Assembly: GCA_964016885.1 (NCBI GenBank)
Contig: OZ024744.1
Coordinates: 53,940,001-54,004,000 of the forward strand
Direction: 5' to 3'
Source of the DNA: Eledone cirrhosa
Taxonomy: Eukaryota
Length of the DNA stretch: 64,000 nt
The number at the start of each line of letters is the position of its first letter. Positions within the stretch are counted from its first letter, which is position 1. Position numbers and translations under genes: made by a program. The notes below the pieces were generated by a model. That model was not told the DNA's origin and did no database searches. It saw only the letters and a list, made by a program, of their open reading frames with translations. Shown in pieces: positions 13,201 to 23,906 of the stretch.

Positions 13201-13757
13201 TTCAAAGCATGGTAAAAGGACACCTTTTCCTCATCGACAGAACTCATAGTTGGAGCATACACACTCACCAGGGTAGCATATCTTCCCTTGTCCAGCGGAA
13301 CTCTCATGGACATAAGACGCTCACTAATCCCTACTGGGAATTCTTCTAATTTGTTCACAAGCACAGTCTTAACAGCAAATCCTACCCCAGCCTCTCTTCT
13401 GGTTCCTTCATCTCTTCCTTTCCAGAAGAATGTATATTCTCCACAAAATTCCGTAAGATGACCATCTCCAGCTAGCCTCGTCTCAGATAAAGCCACGATG
13501 TAAAGATCGTAACGTCGAAGCTCCTTTGCAACAAGAGCGGTCCTTCGTTCAGGACGCCCCAAGGAATCCCTGTCAAGCAGCGTCCGTACGTTTCCGCAGC
13601 CAAGACTAAATGCCTTGTTTGGCTCTATTACAATGGCACGATGACGAGCGGGCCCAGGCTGTGATAACCTGGGGCCCCTGCCCTTATTGCCAATGATCTT
13701 TTTTGTTTCAGAACCTAAATTGCTTATTATCTCTTTTATATTGTTCTGGAACATCAT
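10212..13757 (-). CDS. RTE-clade polyprotein: APE endonuclease, RT and three C2H2-like fingers; uninterrupted frame but YADD reads YADN
   Basis: NVRTLLD, ALSETR, VYAPT, GDFNA, DHRLV; NYRGISLLS, FVDLTKAFDTV, GVKQG, YADN, YLGS, YACETW, LRWSGH. The true start is probably not the first ATG. Confidence 0.88.
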   Translation of the reverse strand: MMFQNNIKEIISNLGSETKKIIGNKGRGPRLSQPGPARHRAIVIEPNKAFSLGCGNVRTLLDRDSLGRPERRTALVAKELRRYDLYIVALSETRLAGDGHLTEFCGEYTFFWKGRDEGTRREAGVGFAVKTVLVNKLEEFPVGISERLMSMRVPLDKGRYATLVSVYAPTMSSVDEEKVSFYHALKGVLRNIPQADKVIVLGDFNAKVGRDFNTWNVIGRHGVGKCNSNGMLLLQMCEELDLCVTNTMFQQKNKFKTTWMHPASKEWHLLNYVLVRIRDRQDVQCVRVLRGAECWMDHRLVRAKVKLITKRKIRAPGVALPKRLNAARLKDKNVKRTLEEEMQAADLGEDWPTLKKTVYDVGRRVLGLVQRKHQDWFDENDVHIEDLLADKRRALSRYLTANPQERNTLHEELRVVKSRVRRSLSQMKDQWSSEKAGEIQTASDSNNTKLLYSLLREVYGPSSSLVTPLRSKDGKELLRDSQGILRRWREHFDDLLNQPSVVSEDFLNLIPESPVKVALVEPPTLVEVAVAISKLNSGRSPGMDGIHAELLQYGGERLLQHLHSLFGRIWASESVPEDWRDAVMVVLYKGKGNRNDCGNYRGISLLSVVGKVLCRVLLDRLLTHIADCVLPESQSGFPAGRGTTDIIFSARQLQEKCMEQSLDLYQVFVDLTKAFDTVNRDALWKVLQKLGCPDKFLALVRSFHDDMKAWVNVGGNMSEPISVKNGVKQGDIPAPTLFAMYFAMVFCMAFRNCEHGVYIRYRTSGSIFNIRRFAAKTKVFTSIIRDLLYADNCDLVAHTESEMQHILNAFADACTALGLTVSLKKTVVMYQPAPGKQYTEPNIYVYGKRLGVVDQFVYLGSTVNRYSNLDSEISLRIRKASDAFGKLERRLWGRRDICRRTKVKVYRACVLSCLLYACETWVTYRHHLKQLERFHQMCLRRIHGIHWRDHISDVEILESSMCDSIEALVLKQRLRWSGHLARMKDSRIPKQLFYGELVKGKRPPHKPKKRYKDSLKASLKDTNISADTWENVAADRNKWRKTVYEGKVAFEASRIAYEKVKRDVRKGIAVALPDGEGPPMVLTCSVCARLCLSKAGLESHLRSHKVRPVVDYQAAVGDATHHVCQTCGREGKSAGGLKRHAKVDELQPQPTIPSECFGCRLCARHFRSLAGLKSYIRSQRC

Positions 13758-14384
13758 TGAATTGGAAAAAAAAAAAAAAAAAAAAGTAATAATAATAGTA
13801 ATAATAATAATAATAATAATAATAGTACACTATTAATAATTATTAATGCACTCGTGCAATGCCTGTGCGTGACGAATATTTATAAAGTGAGGAAAGACTG
13901 TGCACTGAACCAATCCCACTCTCTGAGCGACAGTAGCTATAACCCGAAAAGAAGAAAAGATCAACATCATCGGTAACTACTGAGCCGCAGGTTTTATATC
14001 GGAGTTAACCCAGTTTCCTGAGATGCCTTCTCCTAGAAGAATGCCCTGACAAGGGCTAGGGGTTCTTCACTCTCAGTGGTTTAACTGCGCGATCGGGCAT
14101 CCAGCCCGATTATTTCTATGTCCCCGCGCAAAAAAAAAAATCACTTATCGACACTTATACGTATGACATACACACACGCACATACATATGCGCGCACACA
14201 GCAACACTCATACATACAAACAAACACACACACGTTACTCTACTCACTTACACACACACATATATATTACTGTCATTACTGATACAAGATTACAAGATTA
14301 TGTCAACTGTTGACTTTCAACAGTTTGTATCGTTGAAGCCGATCGTACTACAGTCCAGTATTATTATAATTGCTTTACAGCATA

Positions 14385-14525
14385 GAGTCACGGCCCTCCA
14401 CGCTCTAAGCTCAAATCCTGCCGAGGTCAACCTTGCCCTTCATCCCCACGGAGTCAACAAAAGAGAGTACCAGTGATGCGCTGGGCCAGTCGCTGGATCC
14501 GTGCCAAAAGCAGAAAAATTATTAA
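14385..14525 (+). mobile_element. Diverged tRNA-derived SINE copy
   Basis: B-box-like GCTCAAATCC, core GCCCTTCATCC..GTCAACAAAAGAGAGTACCAG and tail GTGCCAAAAGCAGAAAAATTATT, similar to 27697-27872. Confidence 0.7.
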
Positions 14526-15307
14526 AGTTGTTTTCTTAAGGCCCGGTCGCTGGTGATGGTGATGGCGCCGGCGGTAGTGGTGGTGGTGGCAGTTGATGTT
14601 GTTGTTGTGTTGTGTGCGTGTGTGTGTGTGTGTTTTGTTATTTTGAGGGGGGGGGGCGGTTCCTTCTTTTTTTTTTTTTTAATCTTTTGATGCCGCTGTT
14701 GTTGTTGTTGTAAATGTTCATTTCAGTTCATTCTGAAGCTGTTGTTGCTGTAAACATTAGTGCCGGTGTTGTTGTTGTAGATGTTGGGGTTGAAATCTGG
14801 TCGTTTGACTGAGTGATGTATATACACACATATACTTACATATATATATATATACACATTCAACAGAGAGTAGAGAGTTTGACAACAGGTCGATGACGTT
14901 AGTCTAGATAGGGTAATGACATGTGATGGTGGGGAGAGAGTGTAGAAGTGTTTGTGGTGGCGGGGACAGTGCGATGTATCTAGTTCATTTGACCGTTTTC
15001 TTCTCTTTGCAAAATTTGAATTCTAGCCATGTTATATTGAGATGTAAGTAAATGTAAAATGTAAAATATAAATAAGGATTGCTCTGCTAAAATATACTAA
15101 AATATTTGTGGAACTTCCACAAACTTCTGTCGTGACATTCCCGAGTCCAGTGACCAACAAATTGTTGTATTTTTATGTTTCAGAATACAAAAATTAATTA
15201 AAAACTTACCCCACGAAAAGACAGCGTGTGTTGTCCTATCTATAAGCTCCCTCATACATACATACATACATACATACATACATACATACATACATACATA
15301 CATACAT

Positions 15308-15914
15308 GGTGAGCGCCAACTCGTTTTCGAGTACGGCCACTACTTTATATCCATGTAGGAGAACCCCTACCGATGCGCAGAACGAGTGTGACTTTTTAGT
15401 CCAGCCACGACTTGAAAACTCTGGTACTAACACTACACCTGTGACAATTATTGACACATAGTGCTAGGCCCATGGCACCATGTGATGACAAGTGCAGAGA
15501 GATCTCCAGATATAAAGGAATGCTTGTGCCGTGAAGCTTTTATAGTGAGCAAAGGCACTGCACAAAGCCAGTCCCACTCTCTTAACCAAGATGATATTTA
15601 CCAAAAAGAAGAACAAGTCAACATCATTGGATACCATCAGAGTTGCAGGTGTTATATCAGAGTTTTCCTTCTCCTAGAATTCTGCCTTGACAAAGGCAAA
15701 GGGGTCATCTCTCCCAGTGATTTTGGATGGCCATTGACTCTTAAGAGCTCCTTTGTCCTTTGACAGGTTTTGTTTTTAGTCCTGCAGGATGTCCAAAGTC
15801 ACCCTCCTCACCAAGAAACCTTGGTGGGGTTGCCAGTTTAGTCGCCAACGAGCCGACCATGAGACAGGTTGTACTGGGATACATGTTACCAGTAGCACCA
15901 ACTGGTGACCTGAC
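15308..15914 (-). mobile_element. Non-autonomous RTE-derived element (copy 2) flanked by (TACA)n
   Basis: Highly similar to 9240-9847. (TACA)n at 15253-15307 and 15915-15980. Confidence 0.72.
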
Positions 15915-15951
15915 ATACATACATACATACATACATACATACATACATACA

Positions 15952-15984
<33 letters not shown>

Positions 15985-16187
15985 TATGGCTGCTCTCTCG
16001 TTATCGAGTATGGATATTGCACGAAAAAAACATAATAGCAACAATAACTACAATAATAATAATAATAATAAAAATGATTTCTTTATTGGCCACAAGGGCT
16101 GAGATAAAGAAAAACATCACAGACGGCACAGGACAGTACAGGACGGTACGAGGTGGGTTTTGTGCGTGTGAAGACTTTTATTATTTA

Positions 16188-18688
16188 CTAGCAGATGTAC
16201 CCGGCGTTGACCGGATGTAAGTCGATCTTTGGTCTGTTAGAATGTGTAAAAGTTACTTCCCGCGCATCACAGGTTCAAAACTTCGAACTTCAATGAAAAA
16301 AAATAGGTTAGTAGACACAGGTGTGTAATTTATTAATTGTAGTTACACAGTGTATCGTTGGAATTTGTTCTCTGCACGACTGACGGAAGTCAAAATCGCT
16401 TGATATTGAATGTTCAGTTAATTTAAAGCAGGGTGAAAATGTCGATTACTTTCAGGGTTCTTTTTTTTTTACAACTTTTGCGCTCACATGTGCAGAAGAA
16501 GAATTAAAAGGGCCTAATGGCAAGTCTTTTGTGACAGTTTTCAAGAATATAGGACGTTCCTGTAAAAAGTTTTCCCATGTGTAACTTTGCCTTGTTTTTT
16601 TGCGCAAAGTCGAGCCCCGCTTCAGTTTTATTGATTTTTTACATCAATGCGTGATCTCTGAAGTAGATTTGAGTAGCTAAAAACCTGTCCCGGTAAATTT
16701 GCTATAGGTGAAAAAAAGTTGATCAAAATTGTATCTAGGGTTATTGCCCTTTGCCACAGCCTCAAGCCTCGTCTGACGGGATGTTGGAGATTTCTCCGTC
16801 AGCGCTTGTTGGCGACGAAGGCGAACATCAGCAAGCCTTGTCGTACGTGATGTTGATGACTCAACCATCCGGGAAAGACGTCTATCAGCGAGTCGAGATT
16901 CGCGCTCAGCAGGTGTTTCCTAGAGAAAATTAATTAATTCTACTGGTTAGCTAAGCCAATGGCAGTGTCAATAGTAAATGAGAAAAGTCTAACATGAACA
17001 AAAGGGAATCAAGGTAAGACAATGAATGTAATATAACTACGATTAGAATGTTGTAGTTGCTTAAAAGTGGTGACAGTTAGGATAAACGCAGTACTTGCTA
17101 ACATTAAGGGAGAATATTGCATAAAGGATTAAACAATTGTGAATGAACTCATACATGAGAACGCCTAATTCGTTGTCTCAAAGCAGTAGCTGTACCTTTT
17201 TTGGAGGTAAGTCTTGAACGTTTCCGTGTGGGCATAACGACGTGTAACGAGCTGTTAGGTTAGAGAGAGGTGATTACATACAGAGAGAGATGACACCAGA
17301 TTCGTTAGCATGGTTACTGGTGAATGGGAAGGTTTGGAAATATGATTACAATAACTTACCGAATTTTCCGGTCTATAAATTGTACTTAAAATAATTAAAT
17401 TTAATAAAAAAACAGCTCTGCGCTTTATACTCCGGTGAGCCTTATGTATAAATAATACAATGGTAATCATTCACGGCTCTAACAGAAGTAATAGATCTAG
17501 ACTAAAAGTAAAGGAGATAGCATTTTCCTGGTTGGCCTTACACGCCGTTGCGCGGACCTGATTTTAAATGATACGCCTTATATCCTGGTGAGCCTTATAG
17601 AGCGGAAAATATCTATTGGAAAAGAATACGAATTCATGACCAAGGTGTGACAAAATAGGCGTCTATACAGCGCCTGAAACAAACTTGTCCCAAACCCTAG
17701 GATTTTTCTCGTTAAGTATCCACCCAAAAGGAACCGTTTTTTAGTTACAAAAAATAACCAAAGTGTATAGTAGCTATATTTCTGACATATCATGCCAAAA
17801 AGAACAATATATTCAAAAAATGTTCTAAAGTACATTCAATCTCTCTTTTTGACCGACATCTTAATAAGCAAGTTATCGATTTTTTATTGGCTGTCAGTGT
17901 CTATCTGCATGCAGGTGTGCACGTGTGCGCAATTAATTGCAAATACGCTCATAACATTTAGTCGTAAGCAGAACAAAAAATGCCATTAGAGGTGGGCTAA
18001 TAATTAAGACACAAACCCTGGTGAACTTACGTTTAAACACCCGAAAAGTTACTCACTTCCTGTGCAAAAGACTGTATTATAAATTAAGTAATTATTTAGA
18101 ATCTTTTGTTTAAAAAAGGAAAAGATTAGTACGACGTAACATTTTTTACAACTTTGTATGTGTACAATACAACTTGGTCAACGTATTATTTAGTAATTTT
18201 TTTTTCAAAAAGCCTGATTATTTAAGACTGTTTCAAAATTTACTCACAGCTTTTAGCATCACAAAAGATACCATTAAATTTGGTTCCCTTTTCAGATAGG
18301 GATAATACTGTATTTCCACTTGAATAAGGTGGAATATGAAAAGATAAACTCTTTAATGGTCGGTCGTTTACTGAGACAGCTGGGAAGACATGCAGCTGGC
18401 CGTCCAATCAATAACGCACGTCCTTATATGGGCATATGAAATTTATTTTTATTGCGCCAGATGTAAACAAGGAGTTCTTTTGTTCGAAGTCACATAAAAT
18501 TTCATTGGAATCGAAAAACATTCTGCCATAGGGCCCGATTATCGATTTTTCGAAAGTTTCAAGTATCCTATTCCACTCTACGCGTTGAGTTTTATATATG
18601 TGTGAGGTTTCATGAAAATTAGATGAACGGTGTAGCATGCAAGTTCCGAACACCAAACAATGTCGAATCTTCCCTTTATATATATAGA
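16188..18688 (-). mobile_element. Non-autonomous Helitron (2501 bp)
   Basis: Minus strand starts TCTATATATATAAAG and ends CCGGtcaacgCCGG-gtacatctg-CTAG. Inserted between host A and T with no TSD; the empty site TTATTTA|TATAAG is present in E6 (~38425-38437). Confidence 0.9.
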
Positions 18689-18888
18689 TATAAGAAAAGA
18701 AAAAAAGACATAGAAACATATATATATATATAAACATTAAAAATAAAATTGTAAACAATGAAAAATTCCCCAATAGAGGGGGGGGGGGCCCTCCGAGGGC
18801 TACACGTGACGAAAACCACACAAAAGACCACGGCCACCCAGACCACCAGGGCAAGCGCCTTCTCTCAATTCATTTCCCATTCCCCAAA

Positions 18889-21800
18889 CTACAGACATAT
18901 TTAGAGCGGTCCCGTTCACTCGGACCATTCTCGCTACATTCACCCACCTTTCAACAAACTTGCTAGAAGGCAGCACTTGTCTCTCCACCCTGATTTTCCT
19001 CTTCAAGTGAAACTTGAAAAAGTTAATTAGGGATTCGCCGAAGAGGAAAGTGTCTGCCTTTAACCCTTTTAACCTTGTCCACCACACAATCTATTTCGCC
19101 ATGGCTACCAGGCAGATGAAAACCGCCTGACCTTCCTCCTCGAAGAAACACCGCGAGACCATCTGCACAATGGACTCAGTCGATAACAGGATCGGTCCTA
19201 CACGGGACAGCAACTGTTCGACATAGCTCCACAAGTCAGCAATGCTCGGGCACTGAATGAGTGCGTGCACGACGGTTTCGTCGATCCGCGTGCATGTCGG
19301 ACAGGCTCGGCTGCGGCACTTCCGTGCCTCTAGAGCTTATCTCGAACCGGCAGCGCTCCCCGGTAGCACTGCCAGGCCGGGGATTTTTGGAAGTTATCCA
19401 TAGGGCCCGGGCTGAAAGTTCTCCGGAAGAGAGCAAACAGCTGATCTTCTTCGACGCCCAGGATCTCTCCGAGAATGTCGTCGCACATCCCCTCCACTAG
19501 TCCTCTATAGAACGCCGAGGTGGATGTTCCACCGATACTGGTTCCCAGCTGGCACACGGCAGTGAGCGCCTGGAGACATTCCAGTTTCCAAGCGCTATCC
19601 CTCGGTCGTTTTCTGATCCAGGACTGCAGCTCGGTCAAGGAGACAAGCTGTGGGAAAACGTGCCTGGCGAACGGCGACCACACCTGTTCACCATCAAGGA
19701 AGCAGCAGAGATGTCGCAGCCTCAGCGCATGTTTGCGCATTATCAGCTGATCGTCTGACCATGGGAGCGCGTCCCTTCCACAAAAAGCGGAAGAGGAGGC
19801 GCTCCATTTTGGTGAGAGTTGGGCTGGATCAAGGGACGACGGTGAGGCGGTAGCAGATGACTGATGCGATGTACGCTTGGCCACCTCCGCCCGGCCTTTC
19901 AGGGACAGCTTCCTCTCGGCCCATTTCTGGGTGAGGCATGCCACCCTGCTCGTCACCTCGTTCCAGTTTTTCTCCATCTGGAGGTCCGGTCCGAGCCAGA
20001 CCCCGAGCAATTTAACCGGTCCGTCCGTCCAACGCCCCACGATGCTGTCGGACGGCATGGACTTGCCTCTCCAGGTGCCAAGCTCCAAGCCTACCGACTT
20101 TTCCTGGTTTATCTTTGCTCCTGTCACCGTTTCATCTTCCTTGAGAGCGGTGTCGAGCATCTGGACGTGTCTGGTGCTCGACGCCACTACGGTGACGGCG
20201 TCAGCGTAAGCAGATTCGGATTTCCCACATCCTAATTGGCGTGGGACGCCCCTCGTCGCCCCCAGTTTGTGCAGTAACGGCTCGAGAGCCAATACGTACA
20301 AGAGGGACGAGAGGGGACAACCCTGGCATACTGAGCGCATGATGCTGAACGGCTGCGACAGGTGAACGTTCACCCTCACAACTGAGCAGATGTCGCTGTA
20401 CATTGCTACGATCCAACCCCTGAAAACGGGCCCGAAACCGGCTGCCTCGAGGACCGCCGCCAGGTACCGATGGTCGACCCTATCGAATGCTTTGGATTGA
20501 TCCAAGTTGATCAGGGCCCCACCCTTGCCAGGTTCCTTAACCACCCTCTCTATGATGTATCACATGATGTGGAGGTTGTCGTGTATGGATCTGTCCGGAA
20601 TGGCGCATGTCTGCGCCTCTCGCACCAGACCCTTGACGACAAGCGCCAACTTCGTTGCTAACACCTTGGCCAAAATTTTGAACTATGAGTTAAGCAGGGT
20701 TATGGGCCTGAAATTATCAATAACATCCCCTTTGTTCGGGTCTTTTCTCAGTAGCGCCACTGCTCCCCTGCTCACAAAACTAGGAATATTCCCATTCTGC
20801 TGCCAGTTGCAGTAGACGTCTGCCAAGAGGTCACCGAATAAGTCTGGCATAAATGCATAAAGCTCGTAGGGCAGACCATCCAAACCTGGCGATTTACCCC
20901 TTGTGCAGTTAGCCATCGCTTCCCGTATTACACCGGCTGTTATTGGCTTTTCGCAACACTCTGCTGCGGTTGTCGAGAGCCGAGGCAGTCCGTCGAGGTA
21001 TGCACTGAAGTCCATGCCCCGATCCGGGCCGCCGCCTCTCCCGAACGTTTCAGCAAAGTGCTGCTGAAAAGCTTCACACATCCGCTCGAGTTCGAGCATC
21101 ACGCACCCGTTTTGGTCAGACAAAGACCGAATTGTGGCTTTGTTGCCACATCGTCCTCTGCCACCCGGGCCCATTGGACGGCTTTTGTCCCCTCGTGTTT
21201 CAGAGCACGCACTCTAGCTCTGAAAACGCAGCCTTCGTGTTTTGCGTTGAAGAATTGCTAGAGTGCCAATCTCGCCGCAAGCACGTCGGTTGCGATGCCT
21301 GTCCTAAACGCCTCTTCTAACTTTCTGTCTAACTCTCCCTCTACTCTATTTTCCTCTATCACTACTCCTTTGCTAAACTTAATCGACTCCACTTTAATTG
21401 CCCTTTTCAGGGCGAACCACCACCTGTTGTTGACGACCGCTCCCCTCAGCGCCCGCTTAACTAATACGCTAATCCGGTCTCTGGAGGCATTGCGCGCCGG
21501 GAAAGACGCGTTCAGCTTCCAGTAACCAGGCCCTTGTCTATGAAGTCTGTCTATGTCGATCTCACAGATCACAAATTTGTGGTCTCTGTAGTCGACTATT
21601 TTAAATTGTGGACAACTTATACTAGCCTTATCTAGTTCTCTGCATAATGCCCTATCGCGATACGATCTGGATGACCCGATACGGTTTGTCCATGTCCACA
21701 TTGGCACATTCGGGTGATCCAGTCGATACCTGTCAGTCAGTTCAAGACGTCTGATCAGGTTGGTGAGGCTCTTGCACCCTCCTCCCCGATCCACTAGCCC

Positions 21801-22207
21801 CACACAATCCCAGCGTGCATTCAAGATACCGTTCCAGTCGCCCACTAACACTAAAGAGCGGGACGTTCCAAGAAAGGTCTCTAGACGTCTGAAAAAATCT
21901 GGCCGTCCTGCCCCTGTTGGGGCGTAGACGGCTACTAGCCTGAAAGCATTGCCTTCGCTGCCGGTCACGTCCAGCACCACCGACTTACCTTCTGGGTCAA
22001 GGAAGATGGCCCGCATCGCGGGACGGCAACCCCTCCCCCCGATCCTGGACGGCTGGGAGATGCGTATACATCGTAGCCGCCGAAGATCGGTGCGAAGGCT
22101 TCTGCTTCGGAGATTCTGGTTTCACTGATGGCCACCACATCTATGTTTAGTGACCAAGATGACCCCAGGCCACGTGCATTTATAGTGCCTATTCTAAGTA
22201 AGGCCAT
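18889..22207 (-). pseudogene. E2 ORF2 (APE and RT), degenerate
   Basis: TINARGL, VYAPTG, GDWN, LDQSKAFDRVDH, QGCPLS, YADA; several frameshifts. Confidence 0.88.
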
Positions 22208-22239
22208 GTGGGATGAGAAACGGGGCAAGTGAGAAAGGG

Positions 22240-23887
22240 TCACTTACCTTGATCGTGTGGTGAAGGGACAGTAGAACCGTCCCTTTGGCTGGTCATGGGT
22301 GTTTCCAAGAGGATGTCAGTGTATATCATCTTGGTAACCGACACTCTGAAGTCACCAACTGCGTTGGGGAATTTTTGTTTTAAAGGTTTGTACTGTTCTA
22401 TTGAGATTTCAATGATGTTTATGTTTGTCGGGAGAGTTCTTGGTGTTGGTGGGGTGTAGTAGTGTTTTTCTGTGATGTCTGTGTGCTGCTTTATATATTG
22501 TATGAGTTCTTTTTTTGCCATATTTATGGTTGTGTACTTTTTGGGGGAGGGGTGATTTTGTTGCTGTTTTCTTCTTGTTGCTGTTTGGTGTGTGTGTCTT
22601 GTGTTTGCGTTGTTGGTGTTTTTGGTGATGCTGGTGGTGGTGTGGTTGTTGTTGTCAGTGGTGCTTGTGGTGGTGACGGTGGTGGTGTTGCTGCAAGTTT
22701 CCTTGCTGCCTTTACCCCTCTTTGTATGCCTTCGTTTTGGAGGGTGAATCTAAGGGGGTTTTTTTTTTTGATTTTTCGTGGCAGACCGTTTGCCACTTCA
22801 CACCCGCCTCAAACTCCATGTCGGATTCTGTGGCGTCTGGGAGGGCTATGTGCTCCACGGCTGTTGGTGGTGGTAGTGGAGCCCTCTTCGGCAAATTTTG
22901 TTGCTGGTGTAACTACTTCAAATGTAGCTATTGGTGTTGCCGCCACTGATGATGCTGCTTTAGTTGTCTGTGGCCTTGGTACGGGTGCTATTGGCGTTCC
23001 CCTCCTACTCACCGTGGAAGGGGCTTCTTCGTTTGTTGCCTGCCCTGCTCTTGGTAGCAGCGGACCAGGTATTGGAAGGAGAGGGGCCTTCTTCGCTACC
23101 TTTTGCGTGCAAAAGGCCCTAAGTGACCCTTCGACCCACAGAGATAACATTTTGGCTGTCTTCCTTCTACACATATAGGCAGTTGGACTCCTTCCTCGAT
23201 GTCTATGATATCGGGGATAGCGTCGATACATTCCTGGTCAGTTTGTATAAGCATTTGCATGCCTATACCTGACCAGTTCTCTCTCCCTATTATTTCTGCT
23301 TGCAGCATGGTCGTCCTATTCTCGATTCCAGCAAGGACAGACGCGGCCAGCACTTCGGGTGGGATCTGGGTCACTTTCTGCCCGCAGTAGGAAGGCACCA
23401 AGACTATCTCCTCACTCTTTAGGGCTTCCTGGGAGGTGGCGAAAAGTAGTCTACTGTGGCGTACTTTCTGCCTCGGGTGATGTGGGTTTTGAGCGCCCAG
23501 ACGCACCCCAAGGCCTTTTGGATTTGAGCTTCCGTGGCTCTCTCCATTCGATGTGAAATTTTGCTTACGGTGCGGTAAGTCACCGTCCGTAGCTCCTGGT
23601 CCTTAAAAAAATGGGGTGGAGGTTTCAGGGAGACTCTATTGGCGCTTCCTGTCACGATGGCTCTTGCGACTGCCATCTCCTCCTCTGTGACTAACACTGT
23701 CTCGATATTTCGGGCGACACCTGCAAAAGAAATGGTCCATTTTTCTGCAGCACCACTATTGCTGCCGCTACTGGTCTTACTGGTGGTGTTGAGATCGCTA
23801 TTACAGGTATCGCTGTCATTGTTGTTGTTTTCGTTGGTACAGATGTTGGTGTTGTTGTTGTTGTTTTCGTTGATACTGTTGCTGTCG
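22240..23887 (-). pseudogene. E2 ORF1, N-terminus missing
   Basis: VTEEEMAVARA, CYLCGSKGH knuckle and C-terminal ..STVPSPHDQGK*. Confidence 0.75.
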
Positions 23888-23906
23888 TAATAATAATAAT
23901 AATAAT

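Larger units (their letters stand above)
9890..14125 (-). mobile_element. RTE-clade non-LTR retrotransposon, near full length; both UTRs interrupted by simple repeats
   Basis: 5'-UTR-like segment 13846-14125 is homologous to the non-autonomous elements. ORF 10212-13757. Probable 3' tip (CTCG-ATAA-CGAG) at 9890-9929. Confidence 0.75.
16074..23887 (-). mobile_element. Tx1-like copy E2, family B, 5'-truncated; 3' UTR split by a Helitron
   Basis: 3' tip 16074-16187 plus 18689 onward reconstitute the 3' UTR seen intact in E6 (38329-38560). ORF2 and ORF1 remnants present. Confidence 0.87.

Noticed and set aside
14530-15250. Possible host exon or decayed ORF1 fragment
   Set aside because: Low complexity, with no alignable motif or convincing splice structure.
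9240-16024. LTR retrotransposon (direct repeats around an RT ORF)
   Set aside because: No TG..CA ends, PBS, PPT, integrase or protease. The internal ORF is APE-RT and the repeats have retroposon tails.
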